Source: a bacterium
GTDB lineage: Bacteria > UBP6 > JAFGXH01
NCBI GenBank assembly: GCA_016936735.1
Contig: JAFGXH010000178.1
Location: 1-52,418, forward strand
Direction of reading: 5' to 3'
Length of the DNA stretch: 52,418 nucleotides
A program made the position numbers and the translations under genes. A model generated the notes under the pieces. It was not told where the DNA came from. It saw nothing but the letters and a program-made list of their open reading frames with translations, and ran no database searches. Below are positions 1-10,590 of the stretch, piece after piece. The number at the start of each line of letters is the position of its first letter. Positions within the stretch are counted from its first letter, which is position 1.

Positions 1-471
1 ATGTCTGAGAAAATATTTTATTTTGCATATGGTTCAAATGTTAGTGAAATCAGAATGAAAAAACGTCTTTCAAGAGATGGAGAGGGTTTTTATAAGAGAG
101 TTGCTGGTACTTTAAAGGGTAAAGAGTTAGTATTTAATAAAATATCGCGAAAAAATAGAGCTCAAGGTTATCCAAATCTTGTTGATAATGAAAACTCTTA
201 TGTTGAAGGGGTTCTTTATGAAATAACAATTGAGGGATTATTCTCTCTTGATGGTTTTGAGATGTATCCACACTACTATAGAAGAGAGTTAGTTGAGGTT
301 GAATCTGAAAAACTTGGTAAAATTGAGGCTTGGGTATATATTGCAAATCCAGCAAAAACTGCAGATGGATTAAAACCAGCAAAAGATTATATAGAGTTTA
401 TGCTTCAAGGAGATGATCTTTTATCTAAAGAGTATATTGAAAAAATCAGAAAATTTGAAACATATAATTAA
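1..471 (+). CDS. gamma-glutamylcyclotransferase / AIG2-like family protein
   Basis: 156-aa ORF with the N-terminal FYFAYGSN motif and a later VEGVLYEI acidic residue typical of the GGCT/AIG2 fold. The ATG is at window base 1, so the true start could lie upstream. Confidence 0.65.
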   Translation: MSEKIFYFAYGSNVSEIRMKKRLSRDGEGFYKRVAGTLKGKELVFNKISRKNRAQGYPNLVDNENSYVEGVLYEITIEGLFSLDGFEMYPHYYRRELVEVESEKLGKIEAWVYIANPAKTADGLKPAKDYIEFMLQGDDLLSKEYIEKIRKFETYN

Positions 472-496
472 TCAAATTTAACTCTATCAATTATCT

Positions 497-1711
497 ATGA
501 CTCTATCTTCAAAAACCTCTAATATTAAAAATGGTTTAAATTTACAAATATTTTTTTTATTCAAAAATATTAATTTTTCATTAATACCTCTATTTTTTTT
601 ATTTTTCTCAAATAAAGTAGAGGCAAAAGATTTTGTGAAAATAAATCTTTTTTCAAAACATAAAATAGAGAAAATAGAGATTCAAAATAAAAACTTAGAA
701 AATACTCAAAATATAATAAAAAATGAAATAATAGAGTTAGAAACATCTAAATGGATTAAAATAACAAACAATAAAGGAGTTATTGTAAAAAAGTTTATAA
801 TTGGTAAATTAGATATAAAAAAATTTGGTAGATATTGGAGAATCTATTTAACCATTCCACTAAAAGATTATATTATTGATGTTTTATTAGCAGAGCTTGG
901 AAACAGATTAATTCAAAAAGAGGCATTAAAAGCATTCTATTTGGTTGTAAAAAGCTATACTAAATATCATTTAAAGAGTGCTAGACACAAAGATTTTGAT
1001 TTTTGTGATATTGCCCATTGTCAACTTTATAATGGATTAAGTCCAATACGAAATGATGTAAAAAAAATTATAAAAAATATTGAAAATTTAGATATTGTTT
1101 ATCAAAATAAAACTATTTTAGCTGTTTTTAACTCTAGCTGTTCTCTATTTTCAGCATCAGCAAAAGAGATTTGGGGTGAAGAGATTCCATATCTAAAATC
1201 TCAAAAAAATCAGATTTATGAAACCTGTTTTTCTCACAAAAAAACAGATAATTTGAATAAAAATATAATAGAGAATAATAAAATATCAAATTTAAATGAT
1301 TTTAATTTAAAAAACACAATTTGTGATTTAAATGGTAGAAATAGAAATTTTAAATGGTTTTTTAAAATATCAAAAACAGATTTTAGAAGGCTTTTTAAAG
1401 ATGATTTAATAAAATTTGAGTTAAATGATAATGGATATCCTAAAAATATATTAATTGGAACTAAAAATTATAGTGCTGAAAATTTTAGAAGAAAAATTGC
1501 ATCTGCTTATGGTTGGGGAGTATTAAAAAGTAATCTATTTGAAATTTTAGTTGATGGAGATTTTTATATTTTTATTGGAGGTGGTTTTGGTCATGGTGTT
1601 GGTTTCTGTATAATTGAGGCAGAGATTATGGGAGAGATGGGATTTAATTATAAAAAAATAATCAATCATTTTTATTATAATGTTGAGATAAAAAAAGTTA
1701 TCAACAATTAA
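497..1711 (+). CDS. SpoIID/LytB domain protein (peptidoglycan remodelling)
   Basis: 404 aa. Hydrophobic N-terminal signal/anchor ending VEA-KD. FCDIAHCQLYNG and C-terminal GGGFGHGVGFC match conserved SpoIID-domain motifs. Confidence 0.6.
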   Translation: MTLSSKTSNIKNGLNLQIFFLFKNINFSLIPLFFLFFSNKVEAKDFVKINLFSKHKIEKIEIQNKNLENTQNIIKNEIIELETSKWIKITNNKGVIVKKFIIGKLDIKKFGRYWRIYLTIPLKDYIIDVLLAELGNRLIQKEALKAFYLVVKSYTKYHLKSARHKDFDFCDIAHCQLYNGLSPIRNDVKKIIKNIENLDIVYQNKTILAVFNSSCSLFSASAKEIWGEEIPYLKSQKNQIYETCFSHKKTDNLNKNIIENNKISNLNDFNLKNTICDLNGRNRNFKWFFKISKTDFRRLFKDDLIKFELNDNGYPKNILIGTKNYSAENFRRKIASAYGWGVLKSNLFEILVDGDFYIFIGGGFGHGVGFCIIEAEIMGEMGFNYKKIINHFYYNVEIKKVINN

Positions 1712-1855
1712 ATATGTAAAAAAATCACAAAAATTAGAAATTTATCAAGTGTAATCTTGATTTTATAAACAATTTAAAATATTATCTTTTAATAGAATTA
1801 ATTTTAATTCTATTTGGTTTTATAATTGTTAAAAATTTTTATTATAGGCTTCAAT

Positions 1856-3235
1856 ATGAATTTATCTATTGTAAAAAATCCATACACAGGAGATATTCTT
1901 GATGAGATAACTTTGCTAGATGAAAAAAATTTTTTAAATGTTATTGAAAATTCAAAAATTGCTTGGGATAAATTTAAAAATGAACCACTCTATTTAAGAG
2001 AGGATATTTTAACTGCAATATCAGATATAATTATAAAACATTTTGATGATTTTGCAGAACTAATTATGCTTGAGAGTGGTAAACCAATATCATTGGCTAG
2101 AACAGAGGTTAAAAGAGCAATTATAACTCTAAAAGAGGGCATAAAATCTATTTATGAGTTAAAAGGTGAGGAGTTTTCATTAGAACAAACTCCATTTTCT
2201 AAAGGTATTTCTGGATACACAAAATATGTTCCAAGAGGTCCACTTTTTGCAATTCATCCCTATAATTTTCCATTAAATTTAATGATTCATAAACTTGCTC
2301 CAGCAATTGCTTCTGGAAATAGTGCTATTGTTAAGCCACCAACTCAAACACCACTAACACCTCTTTTATTCAAAACTCTTATTGACTCTTTAGATTTACC
2401 CAAAAATCTGATTCAAATTGTACCAACATCAAATAATATTGCCGAAAAATATCTTAATCACAATAAAATTTCACAAATATCTTTTACTGGTAGTGAAAAT
2501 GTTGGCTGGCATATTAGAAAAGTAGCCTCTGATAAGCCTGTTTTTCTTGAGTTAGGTGGGATTGCAACAATGATTATTGATGAGTCTGCTGATTTAGAAA
2601 AAGCAGCAAAAAAAGGGGCAATATCAGCATTCTCTTTTGGAGGACAGGTTTGTATCTCACTACAAAAAATAGTTGTTCATAAATCAATATCAACACTATT
2701 TACAAAGCTATTCTTAAAATATTCAAAAGAGATAATATCTGGAGACCCCTCTGATGATAATGTAATTAATGGTCCATTAATAGATGAATTAGCTATAAAT
2801 AAATTTTATAAATTTTATAATGAATCTATTAGTAATGGGGCAGAGGTTCTATTAAAACCACAACAAAAAGGAAACATTATTACTCCAACAATAGTAAAAA
2901 GTGATAATATCAATCTCCTAATCCATAAGGAGGAGGCTTTTTCACCAATAGTTGTTATTTCTGAATTTGAGAATTTTGATGAAGTTATTAATATTGTAAA
3001 CAGTACAAAATATGGTTTACAAGTCTCTATTTTTTCTGAATTTCTTCCGAATATACAAAAGGGAATTCGTGGTTTAGAGTTTGGAGCCATATTAATTAAT
3101 GAGGTTCCATCTTTTAGAACAGATAGACAACCTTATGGGGGAATAAAACGTTCTGGATTAGGTAGAGAGGGAGTCTATTATGCAATGAAAGATTATAGTG
3201 AATTAAAAACTATAATCTTCAATAATAATATATAA
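1856..3235 (+). CDS. NAD(P)-dependent aldehyde dehydrogenase family protein
   Basis: ALDH hallmarks: LELGG (FLELGGIA) and catalytic Cys in FGGQVCISLQKI, EEAFSPI, PYGGIKRSGLGREG. I prefer the ATG at 1856 (MNLSIVKNPYTG) over the TTG at 1826 in the track. Start is uncertain. Confidence 0.85.
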   Translation: MNLSIVKNPYTGDILDEITLLDEKNFLNVIENSKIAWDKFKNEPLYLREDILTAISDIIIKHFDDFAELIMLESGKPISLARTEVKRAIITLKEGIKSIYELKGEEFSLEQTPFSKGISGYTKYVPRGPLFAIHPYNFPLNLMIHKLAPAIASGNSAIVKPPTQTPLTPLLFKTLIDSLDLPKNLIQIVPTSNNIAEKYLNHNKISQISFTGSENVGWHIRKVASDKPVFLELGGIATMIIDESADLEKAAKKGAISAFSFGGQVCISLQKIVVHKSISTLFTKLFLKYSKEIISGDPSDDNVINGPLIDELAINKFYKFYNESISNGAEVLLKPQQKGNIITPTIVKSDNINLLIHKEEAFSPIVVISEFENFDEVINIVNSTKYGLQVSIFSEFLPNIQKGIRGLEFGAILINEVPSFRTDRQPYGGIKRSGLGREGVYYAMKDYSELKTIIFNNNI

Positions 3236-3276
3236 AATTTTTATTAATTAACTTTTTGTAATGTTATGGTGGTTTT

Positions 3277-3786
3277 ATGAGATTTTTAACTATTTTTTTA
3301 TTTTTTCTATTTACTACATCTCTATATTCTGAGGCAGGAGGTTGGGGAATTGGTGCAGAAGCAAACTACTCTGGATATTTAAAACTCGATAATTATTCAC
3401 ATGGTGCAGGTGTTGGTTTTGTAACAACATATAGTCTTACTGATTTTTGGGGAGTGACAGGAAGTTTAAATTATAATAAACATTTCTCTGGATCAAAATA
3501 TGATATTGTAAATGGTTATTTTGGTTTTTTATATAATTTAGATGTTTTAAGGCTTGTCCCAATTTTTGAAGGTGGAATAAGTTTTACAGGTCTTAAAAAT
3601 AATGAACTAAATGATAACATATTTATTGTAAATGGTTATTTTGGTTTTGCTTTATCATATCTTATTAATTGGAACTACTCAATTGCTACATTTATACGAT
3701 ATGAACACACTTTAACAGAGTATGAGGATGCTTTTGATGCCTATTTTACAATTGGTTTAAGATTCTTTTACATTTTTGGTGATTAA
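3277..3786 (+). CDS. small outer-membrane beta-barrel protein (putative)
   Basis: 169 aa. Signal peptide MRFLTIFLFFLFTTSLYS-EA. Alternating aromatic/Gly-rich strands (GYFGF repeated twice) and an aromatic-rich C-terminus. Confidence 0.5.
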   Translation: MRFLTIFLFFLFTTSLYSEAGGWGIGAEANYSGYLKLDNYSHGAGVGFVTTYSLTDFWGVTGSLNYNKHFSGSKYDIVNGYFGFLYNLDVLRLVPIFEGGISFTGLKNNELNDNIFIVNGYFGFALSYLINWNYSIATFIRYEHTLTEYEDAFDAYFTIGLRFFYIFGD

Positions 3787-3822
3787 TATAACTAAAGTTA
3801 CGATATATTCACAAAAACAGCA

Positions 3823-3850
3823 TTGACAACCTATTTTTAATAAGTATCAT
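3823..3850 (+). promoter_or_regulatory. sigma70-type promoter upstream of deoB
   Basis: TTGACA (3823-3828), 16-nt spacer, TATCAT (3845-3850). About 25 nt upstream of the GGAGG RBS. Confidence 0.5.
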
Positions 3851-3875
3851 TAATTTGTTTACTTTGGAGGATTTT

Positions 3876-5033
3876 ATGAAAAATATATATCTTATTGTTT
3901 TAGACTCTGCTGGTGTTGGTGCTCTTCCAGATGCAGATAAATATGGTGATGCAGGAACAAATACAATAAAACATATAGTTGAACATGCTGGGAAAAATGA
4001 GTTAGAAACATTTAATTCAATTGGATTAAAACATATTTTAGAAAATAATATAACCCAAAAACCTGAAAAAGGTTATTATGGAATAATGTCTGAGTATTCA
4101 AATGGAAAAGATACAACAACAGGTCATTGGGAGATTGCAGGAACACCACTAAAAGAGGGATTTGCTACATACACAGAGACAGGTTTTCCAAAAGAGATTA
4201 TGGATGAATTTAAAGAGAAAACAGGTCATGACTATATTGGAAATTATGCAGAGAGTGGAACTGTTATTCTTGATAAATATGGAAAAGAGCATGTAGAGAC
4301 AAAAAAACTTATTATATATACATCTGCTGACTCTGTTTTTCAAATAGCAGCTCATGAGGATGTTATTCCTATTGAGGAGTTATATCGCGTTTGTAAAATC
4401 TCAAGAGAGATGTTAGATAAATATAATGTTGCAAGGGTTATTGCAAGACCATTTATTGGCTCTGAAGGTGATTACAAAAGAACATATAATCGTCATGACT
4501 ACTCTATGGAACCAAAAGATTTAACAATGTTAGATCAACTCAAAAAAAGTGATATTCCTGTTGTTGCTGTTGGAAAAATTGGTGATATTTTTGCACATCG
4601 AGGTGTAACAGAGGAGATTCCAACAAAAGGAAATAGAGATGGAATGGATAAAACACTTCAACTACTTGAGAAAAAAACTAAAGGTTTAATTTTTGTAAAT
4701 CTTGTTGATTTTGATATGCTTTGGGGACATAGAAGAGATCCTGAGGGATACTATAATGGATTAAAAGAGGCAGATATATTTGCTAAAGAGTTTATGAATA
4801 AAATGGATAATGATGATATGCTTATTTTTGTTGCAGACCATGGTTGTGACCCAACACATATAGGTTCCGATCATACAAGAGAGTATGTTCCACTTCTTGT
4901 ATATTCACCATCATTTAAAGATAGTGGTTCTTTAGGGATTAGAGGTACATTTGCAGATATATCAGCAACTATTCTTGAAAATTTTGGATTAAAATCTGAG
5001 TTTGGCACATCTTTCTTAAATAATCTTCAATAA
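3876..5033 (+). CDS. deoB: phosphopentomutase
   Basis: MKNIYLIVLDSAGVGALPDA..., NLVDFDMLWGHRRD and ADHGCDPT are characteristic DeoB motifs. GGAGG RBS at 3866-3870 favours the ATG at 3876 over the TTG at 3855. Confidence 0.9.
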   Translation: MKNIYLIVLDSAGVGALPDADKYGDAGTNTIKHIVEHAGKNELETFNSIGLKHILENNITQKPEKGYYGIMSEYSNGKDTTTGHWEIAGTPLKEGFATYTETGFPKEIMDEFKEKTGHDYIGNYAESGTVILDKYGKEHVETKKLIIYTSADSVFQIAAHEDVIPIEELYRVCKISREMLDKYNVARVIARPFIGSEGDYKRTYNRHDYSMEPKDLTMLDQLKKSDIPVVAVGKIGDIFAHRGVTEEIPTKGNRDGMDKTLQLLEKKTKGLIFVNLVDFDMLWGHRRDPEGYYNGLKEADIFAKEFMNKMDNDDMLIFVADHGCDPTHIGSDHTREYVPLLVYSPSFKDSGSLGIRGTFADISATILENFGLKSEFGTSFLNNLQ

Positions 5034-5036
5034 TAT

Positions 5037-6497
5037 CTACCTTTTAGTAACTTTTTTTAAAAATCTGGTTAACTCTTTTATAAACACTCTATTAAACTCT
5101 CCCTGATTTTCAAAATCAAAAGCAAAACTTTTATATGGAATTTTAAAAAAATAGTGATTACTCTCATCAATCTCTTTATAAATAACTTTAGCATCTCTAT
5201 TTTTTTCAATAAAAGAGTATAAGTACCAACCATTTTTACTATCAATATCACTATCATATTTTGCAGTAAAAATTGCGATATTCCCATTTAGAAAATCTTT
5301 ATAATTTTTTGCCTCCTCTTTAAAAAGCTCTTTAAAATATTTTGTTGATATCTTTTTATCATTAAAAATGGTATATTTTTCATCACTTTTTACTATATTA
5401 TCTAACTCTTTTAAAGCAACTTTTAAACTAATTTTTCTGTTTTCTTGAAGTGATAAAGAGTCTGTTTGTTGTTTTAATATTTCAAAATAGTTAAAATAGA
5501 GTGGATTTAATAAGACTATTGATTCAACTCTATTTTTAAACTCTTTTTTAAGTTTATAAGAGATAATTGACCCCTCTCCAATAGCTATAATATGAATATT
5601 TTTATATTTTTTTACAATTTTTTTAAAAACCTCATATTTATTATTAAATGAATCAAGTTTATCAATAGATATTTTTGGAAAAATAATGTTACCACATTTT
5701 TCACCTAATACTATTGCTAACTCTCTATAAAAATGAGTATTTTCATCATTAAAATCATGAATTAGTAGAATATTTGTTGTTGTTTTTTCAGCTTTTGGAG
5801 AGAATGTATATATTGGGAATTCAACTGAACCTACTTTTATTTTTTCTGTTTTTTCAACTATTTTTAGGGTTTTTTTTGAATCTTTTAACCCTGAATAGGG
5901 ATTAATAGAGTCTCCAATATACTCTGTTCTTATAGATAGATTAGGTGAATTTGTAAGCACTATTTTTCCATCCATATCTGTAAATATCTCTATTCCAATT
6001 TGATCAAAAACTAAAATATATCTATTTAAAAACAGCTCTTTTTTTCTAAACACCACCTTTTGAACAGAGCTATTTTCAAGAGTTGCATCATAACGATTTC
6101 CACTACTTGGCATAAAGAGTTTAATTTTATTTTTATTTAAGGATAGAATTTTATATAAAAACAGTGTTATTGGTGGTTCAATAGGAGATATATTATCAAT
6201 TTTTTGCTCCTCATCTGTTTCATCTTGAACAATTTTTAAAACATTCTCTTTAAAAGAGTAGTTTAAATTATGAATAGTATCTGTATCAGGATCTTTTATT
6301 GATATTTTGGAATCTATAGGAGTGTTTTTTTCGTTAAAAGAGATTATCTCTTTTCCAATCTCTTTTGATGAAAAAAATATTTTATATTCCAAATTTATAC
6401 TATTTTGAGCATAAAGAGATAAAGTCAATAATATCAAAAAAATAGATATTAATCTCAAATTGATATTTTCAAAAATAATTTTTGATATACTTTTCAT
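5037..6497 (-). CDS. secreted hypothetical protein with degenerate alpha/beta-hydrolase-like C-terminal half
   Basis: 486 aa with an N-terminal signal-like hydrophobic segment. The C-terminal half has ILLIHDF...HIIAIGEGSII, resembling a hydrolase core but without a clean GxSxG elbow. Confidence 0.4.
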   Translation of the reverse strand: MKSISKIIFENINLRLISIFLILLTLSLYAQNSINLEYKIFFSSKEIGKEIISFNEKNTPIDSKISIKDPDTDTIHNLNYSFKENVLKIVQDETDEEQKIDNISPIEPPITLFLYKILSLNKNKIKLFMPSSGNRYDATLENSSVQKVVFRKKELFLNRYILVFDQIGIEIFTDMDGKIVLTNSPNLSIRTEYIGDSINPYSGLKDSKKTLKIVEKTEKIKVGSVEFPIYTFSPKAEKTTTNILLIHDFNDENTHFYRELAIVLGEKCGNIIFPKISIDKLDSFNNKYEVFKKIVKKYKNIHIIAIGEGSIISYKLKKEFKNRVESIVLLNPLYFNYFEILKQQTDSLSLQENRKISLKVALKELDNIVKSDEKYTIFNDKKISTKYFKELFKEEAKNYKDFLNGNIAIFTAKYDSDIDSKNGWYLYSFIEKNRDAKVIYKEIDESNHYFFKIPYKSFAFDFENQGEFNRVFIKELTRFLKKVTKR

Positions 6498-6699
6498 TAA
6501 TCCCCTTATAAACTAAAAAATCTCTATAAGTATAGTTTAAAAATGGTGATATTTCAATAAAATTAAAGAGTTACTAGTAATGGATAGAGATAAATTTAAA
6601 TAAAAAATATATTTCAACAAAAAAAATATAAAAAAACACTCTACATAAAAAAATAATCTATCATTTTAGTGATATATAAGGATGTTTAAAATAAAATGC

Positions 6700-6727
6700 T
6701 TGACAATATTTAGCAATCATGTATAAT
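6700..6727 (+). promoter_or_regulatory. consensus sigma70 promoter of rplM-rpsI
   Basis: TTGACA (6700-6705), 16-nt spacer, TATAAT (6722-6727). Confidence 0.7.
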
Positions 6728-6758
6728 ATGAAGCCTTGTGTTAGTTTTTAGGAGACCC

Positions 6759-7196
6759 ATGAAAACCTTTAGTGCTAGAAAAGAGACTACATCACCCAAA
6801 TGGTATGTTGTTGATTTGTCAGGTAAAGTTCTTGGGCGTGCTGCTGTTGAAATCGCAAATATTTTGAGAGGGAAAAATAAACCGGAATATACGCCTCATG
6901 TTGATACAGGTGATTTTGTTATTGCTTTAAATGCAGACAAAATTAAGCTGACTGGAAAAAAATGGAGCGATAAAAATTATTTTTTCCACAGCAGATATGT
7001 TGGACACATGAAAACATATACCGCTAAAGAGCTTCTTCAAAAACATCCAGATATGCTTGTAAAAATCGCTGTAAAAGGCATGATGCCAAAAAACAAGCTC
7101 TCTCGTGCGATGTTAACAAAATTAAAAGTTTATGCAACCAGTGAACATCCTCATGTTGCGCAACAACCGCTTCAATATGAATTAAAAAGTAACTAG
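6759..7196 (+). CDS. rplM: 50S ribosomal protein L13
   Basis: [19 protein letters not shown]... is a typical L13 N-terminus. GGAG RBS at 6751-6754. The upstream GTG at 6738 in the track is probably an over-extension. Confidence 0.95.
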   Translation: MKTFSARKETTSPKWYVVDLSGKVLGRAAVEIANILRGKNKPEYTPHVDTGDFVIALNADKIKLTGKKWSDKNYFFHSRYVGHMKTYTAKELLQKHPDMLVKIAVKGMMPKNKLSRAMLTKLKVYATSEHPHVAQQPLQYELKSN

Positions 7197-7205
7197 GGAG
7201 ATGAC

Positions 7206-7595
7206 ATGACTGAAAGATGGTTGGGAACAGGAAAAAGAAAAACATCAGTAGCTCGTATTATTTTGTCCAAAGGAACTGGAAAAATTGAGGTTAATGGTCG
7301 CGATTTAAGAAATTATTTCGTAAGAGATACATCAATTTTGATTCTTAAACAACCTTTGGCTTTAACACAAAACGAGAAAAGTTTTGATATTACAGTTAAT
7401 GTAAAAGGTGGTGGTTTAACAGGTCAAGCTGATGCTATTAAACATGCAATCACTCGTGCATTACTTGTTTATAATAATGGATTGCGTTCCACTTTGAAAA
7501 AAGCTGGATTTATTACACGCGACTCAAGAGAGGTTGAGCGTAAAAAACCAGGACGTCCAAAAGCACGTAAACGCTTCCAATTCTCAAAACGTTAA
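7206..7595 (+). CDS. rpsI: 30S ribosomal protein S9
   Basis: GTGKRKTSVARI...GGGLTGQADAIKHAI...PGRPKARKRFQFSKR is canonical S9. It lies 9 nt after rplM. Confidence 0.95.
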   Translation: MTERWLGTGKRKTSVARIILSKGTGKIEVNGRDLRNYFVRDTSILILKQPLALTQNEKSFDITVNVKGGGLTGQADAIKHAITRALLVYNNGLRSTLKKAGFITRDSREVERKKPGRPKARKRFQFSKR

Positions 7596-7631
7596 TATTT
7601 ACTATTACAATACTTTTGTTTTCTATAAAAA

Positions 7632-7654
7632 AGCAGACTTCGGTCTGCTTTTTT
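7632..7654 (+). terminator. rho-independent terminator after rpsI
   Basis: AGCAGAC-TTCG-GTCTGCT hairpin followed by a T-run. Confidence 0.8.
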
Positions 7655-7665
7655 ATTATAGTTAA

Positions 7666-8013
7666 ATGAAAAAAACTATTTTCATAATATTTGGCACATT
7701 ATCACTAATTTTAGGTATTATAGGAATATTTATCCCAGTTTTACCAACAACTCCATTTATATTATTAACCTCTTGGTTATATTTAAAAAGCTCTCAAAAA
7801 TTGTATAGTTGGCTTCTAAGTAGTAGATTTTTTAAAAATTATAGAAACACTCTAATAACAGGTAAACTCTCTAAAAAATCAAAATTAAAATCATTGATTT
7901 TAATGAATATAATGATTTTAATCTCAATAATATCTTTACAAAATATAATAGCCATAACTATTATTATTGTTTTAGCAGTAGTTGGAAATATAGTTTTGGT
8001 TCTTTTTTTTTAA
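7666..8013 (+). CDS. YbaN/DUF454 family inner-membrane protein
   Basis: 115 aa. GIIGIFIPVLPTTPFILLTSWLYLKSS matches the conserved YbaN N-terminal motif. Two hydrophobic blocks. Confidence 0.6.
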   Translation: MKKTIFIIFGTLSLILGIIGIFIPVLPTTPFILLTSWLYLKSSQKLYSWLLSSRFFKNYRNTLITGKLSKKSKLKSLILMNIMILISIISLQNIIAITIIIVLAVVGNIVLVLFF

Positions 8014-8068
8014 AATATATTTTGCTGTTTTGATAAAAAAAAGGTAATAGTTGTATTATTTAAAAATA

Positions 8069-8848
8069 CTACAACATCTCACTCTCCTCTTTTTTCCACT
8101 CTTTAAGAAATGCTTTAACTTTAACTTTCTCATCTTTTGGAACTAAAATTGTATATGAAACAAAATACATCATAAACCAAAAGTATGTTACCTCAAAGAA
8201 ATAGTGAATTGAAGTAAATAGATGTAGGAAGAAAAATGTTACAATCATTCCTGCAATTCCTGCAATAGATAAAAACCACCACTTATTTAATTTTCTTTTA
8301 TGATGTCCAACAAAAGGGATTAAACTAAGATTTAGAAAAGAGAAAAGTGGTATTAAAACGTAACCAATCTCTGGAAATTTTGGAAAAATAGATAAACCAA
8401 AAATATTTATTAATAAAAATGCTGATGCTGGGCGTGGAAGTCCAAACCAGATTCCAGGATATTCAATTCTTTTTATATTAAAACGTGCAATTCTAATTGC
8501 ACCAAACAGAGCTGGTAATAATGCCAATACTGCTGCTATAATTTTTCCCTTAAGAGATGAATCAATAAGTATATAGTTTCCATATATCAGTGCACCTGGA
8601 GCAACAGAGTAGTTTATTAAATCGGCAATATTATCAAGCTCAGCACCAAATTTATTGAACTGTTTTGTTAATCTTGCAACAACTCCATCTAAAACATCAA
8701 ATACCCAACCAAACATTATAAAATATGCTGCCCACTGTAGCAAAACAATTGGAGTCGCACTTTTTTGTGCCTCAATAACTAAAAATGTTGATACTCCACC
8801 ACAAACAATATTTCCTGCAGTAAAATAGTCTTTTAATTTCATTATCAT
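8069..8848 (-). CDS. pssA: CDP-alcohol phosphatidyltransferase, phosphatidylserine-synthase-like
   Basis: DVLDGVVARLTKQFNKFGAELDNIADL fits the motif D-x2-DG-x2-AR-x8-G-x3-D-x3-D, and the protein has multiple TM segments. AAGAGG RBS favours the ATG at 8848 (MIMKLKDYF) over 8890. Confidence 0.65.
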   Translation of the reverse strand: MIMKLKDYFTAGNIVCGGVSTFLVIEAQKSATPIVLLQWAAYFIMFGWVFDVLDGVVARLTKQFNKFGAELDNIADLINYSVAPGALIYGNYILIDSSLKGKIIAAVLALLPALFGAIRIARFNIKRIEYPGIWFGLPRPASAFLLINIFGLSIFPKFPEIGYVLIPLFSFLNLSLIPFVGHHKRKLNKWWFLSIAGIAGMIVTFFFLHLFTSIHYFFEVTYFWFMMYFVSYTILVPKDEKVKVKAFLKEWKKEESEML

Positions 8849-9117
8849 ACAAAACCTCTTAAAAAAACAGTATCTTATAACAGATTTCATCTATTTTTTC
8901 CATATAATAAATATAGCTAACACCATTTTCCAAACCTTATTATACTTTTTATCTTATTAAGTTACAAACCCACAGATTACCAATTTTATGAATATTAAAC
9001 TAATAGAATACTCTTTTAAAAACTCAAACCATATTTAAGCTATAATATAATCTAAAATAAATACTATACAAAATAACTTTTTTTTATAATTATTATATTT
9101 TTAACTTGTAATTCTTA

Positions 9118-9145
9118 TTGACACATTGTAAAATGGGATTATATT
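9118..9145 (+). promoter_or_regulatory. sigma70-type promoter upstream of icd
   Basis: TTGACA (9118-9123), 16-nt spacer, TATATT (9140-9145). Confidence 0.55.
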
Positions 9146-9170
9146 AAGTCATAAAATATTTGGAGGTAAA

Positions 9171-10556
9171 ATGGGAGAAAGAGTAAAAATAGATTTAAAT
9201 GGGAAGCTTTATGTTCCCAATAATCCAGTGATTCCATTTATTGAGGGTGATGGGACAGGCCCTGATATCTGGAGAGCAGCTGTTAGAGTTTTTGATGCTG
9301 CTGTTGAAAAATCATATAATGGGGTGAAAAAAATTGAATGGCTTGAGGTTTTTGCTGGTGAAAAATCTTTTAATTTAGGTTTAGGATGGTTACCAAATGA
9401 GACTATTACAGCATTTAATGAGTATTTAATTGGCATAAAAGGACCACTTACAACTCCAATAGGTGGTGGGATTAGAAGTCTAAATGTTGCATTAAGACAA
9501 ACATTAGATCTATATGCATGTTTAAGACCAGTTCAATATTTCAAGGGAGTTCCATCTCCTGTAAAAAAACCTCAAGATGTTAATATGGTTATTTTCCGTG
9601 AAAACACAGAGGATATATATGCTGGTATTGAGTGGATGTCTGGAACTGAAGAGGTTGAAAAAGTAAAGAATTTTCTAATTAATGAGATGGGGGTGAAAAA
9701 AATAAGATTTCCCGAAAGCTCATCAATAGGAATAAAACCTATTTCAAAAGAGGGAACAGAGAGATTAATAAGAGCTGCTTTTGATTATGCTTTACAGTAT
9801 AATAGAAAATCTGTTACAATTGTTCATAAAGGTAATATTATGAAATTTACAGAGGGAGGATTTAAAGATTGGGCCTACTCTGTTGTTTTTGAAGATACAT
9901 ATAGAAAACATTTTATAACACAAAAAGAGGCTTGGATTCTTGAAAATTTTGAAGTAAATCAAAATATTACACTTGAGGAACAGGCAAAAAAAATAGAGCC
10001 TTGGTTTGATCAACTTGAAAAATCGAAACAGAATAATATTTTAAAAGAGATAAAAAATACCGAAAAACTTATAGAGCTTTTTGGAAAAAATGGTTGGAGA
10101 GAGAAAATTATTGTAAAAGATTCTATTGCAGATATCACACTCCAACAGGTTTTAACAAGACCAAAAGATTTTGATGTTATTGCAACAATGAATCTAAATG
10201 GTGACTATCTATCTGATGCACTAGCTGCTCAAGTTGGAGGAATTGGAATTGCTCCAGGTGCTAACATTAATTATCTTACAGGCCATGCAATTTTTGAAGC
10301 AACTCATGGAACTGCACCAAAATATGCTGGATTAGATAAAGTAAATCCAAGCTCTGTAATATTATCTGGGGTTATGATGTTACAATATATGGGATGGATT
10401 GAGGCTGCTGAATCTATTCTTAACTCTCTTGAAAAAACAATAGGAGAAAAAAAAGTCACTTATGATTTTGCAAGATTAATGAGAGAAGAGGGTGAGGTTA
10501 ATGTGAGTGAATTAAAGTGTTCTCAATTTGCTGATGCTTTGATTTCAAATTTATAA
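9171..10556 (+). CDS. icd: NADP-dependent isocitrate dehydrogenase (with enlarged clasp region)
   Basis: [59 protein letters not shown] and [13 protein letters not shown] are all prokaryotic Icd hallmarks. 461 aa versus about 416 for the E. coli type. Confidence 0.9.
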   Translation: MGERVKIDLNGKLYVPNNPVIPFIEGDGTGPDIWRAAVRVFDAAVEKSYNGVKKIEWLEVFAGEKSFNLGLGWLPNETITAFNEYLIGIKGPLTTPIGGGIRSLNVALRQTLDLYACLRPVQYFKGVPSPVKKPQDVNMVIFRENTEDIYAGIEWMSGTEEVEKVKNFLINEMGVKKIRFPESSSIGIKPISKEGTERLIRAAFDYALQYNRKSVTIVHKGNIMKFTEGGFKDWAYSVVFEDTYRKHFITQKEAWILENFEVNQNITLEEQAKKIEPWFDQLEKSKQNNILKEIKNTEKLIELFGKNGWREKIIVKDSIADITLQQVLTRPKDFDVIATMNLNGDYLSDALAAQVGGIGIAPGANINYLTGHAIFEATHGTAPKYAGLDKVNPSSVILSGVMMLQYMGWIEAAESILNSLEKTIGEKKVTYDFARLMREEGEVNVSELKCSQFADALISNL

Positions 10557-10590
10557 CTTTTTAGTTTAATATATTATATAAAGGGGATTT

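Noticed and set aside
6738-6758. N-terminal extensions in the ORF track: rplM 6738, deoB 3855, ALDH 1826, pssA 8890, fadA 18276, tgt 23302, trx 31163, pdxA 35857, purA 50007, ArsA-like 51316
   Set aside because: In each case an internal ATG preceded by a GGAG-type RBS gives an N-terminus matching the conserved family start. The upstream part is non-conserved and often starts at TTG/GTG.
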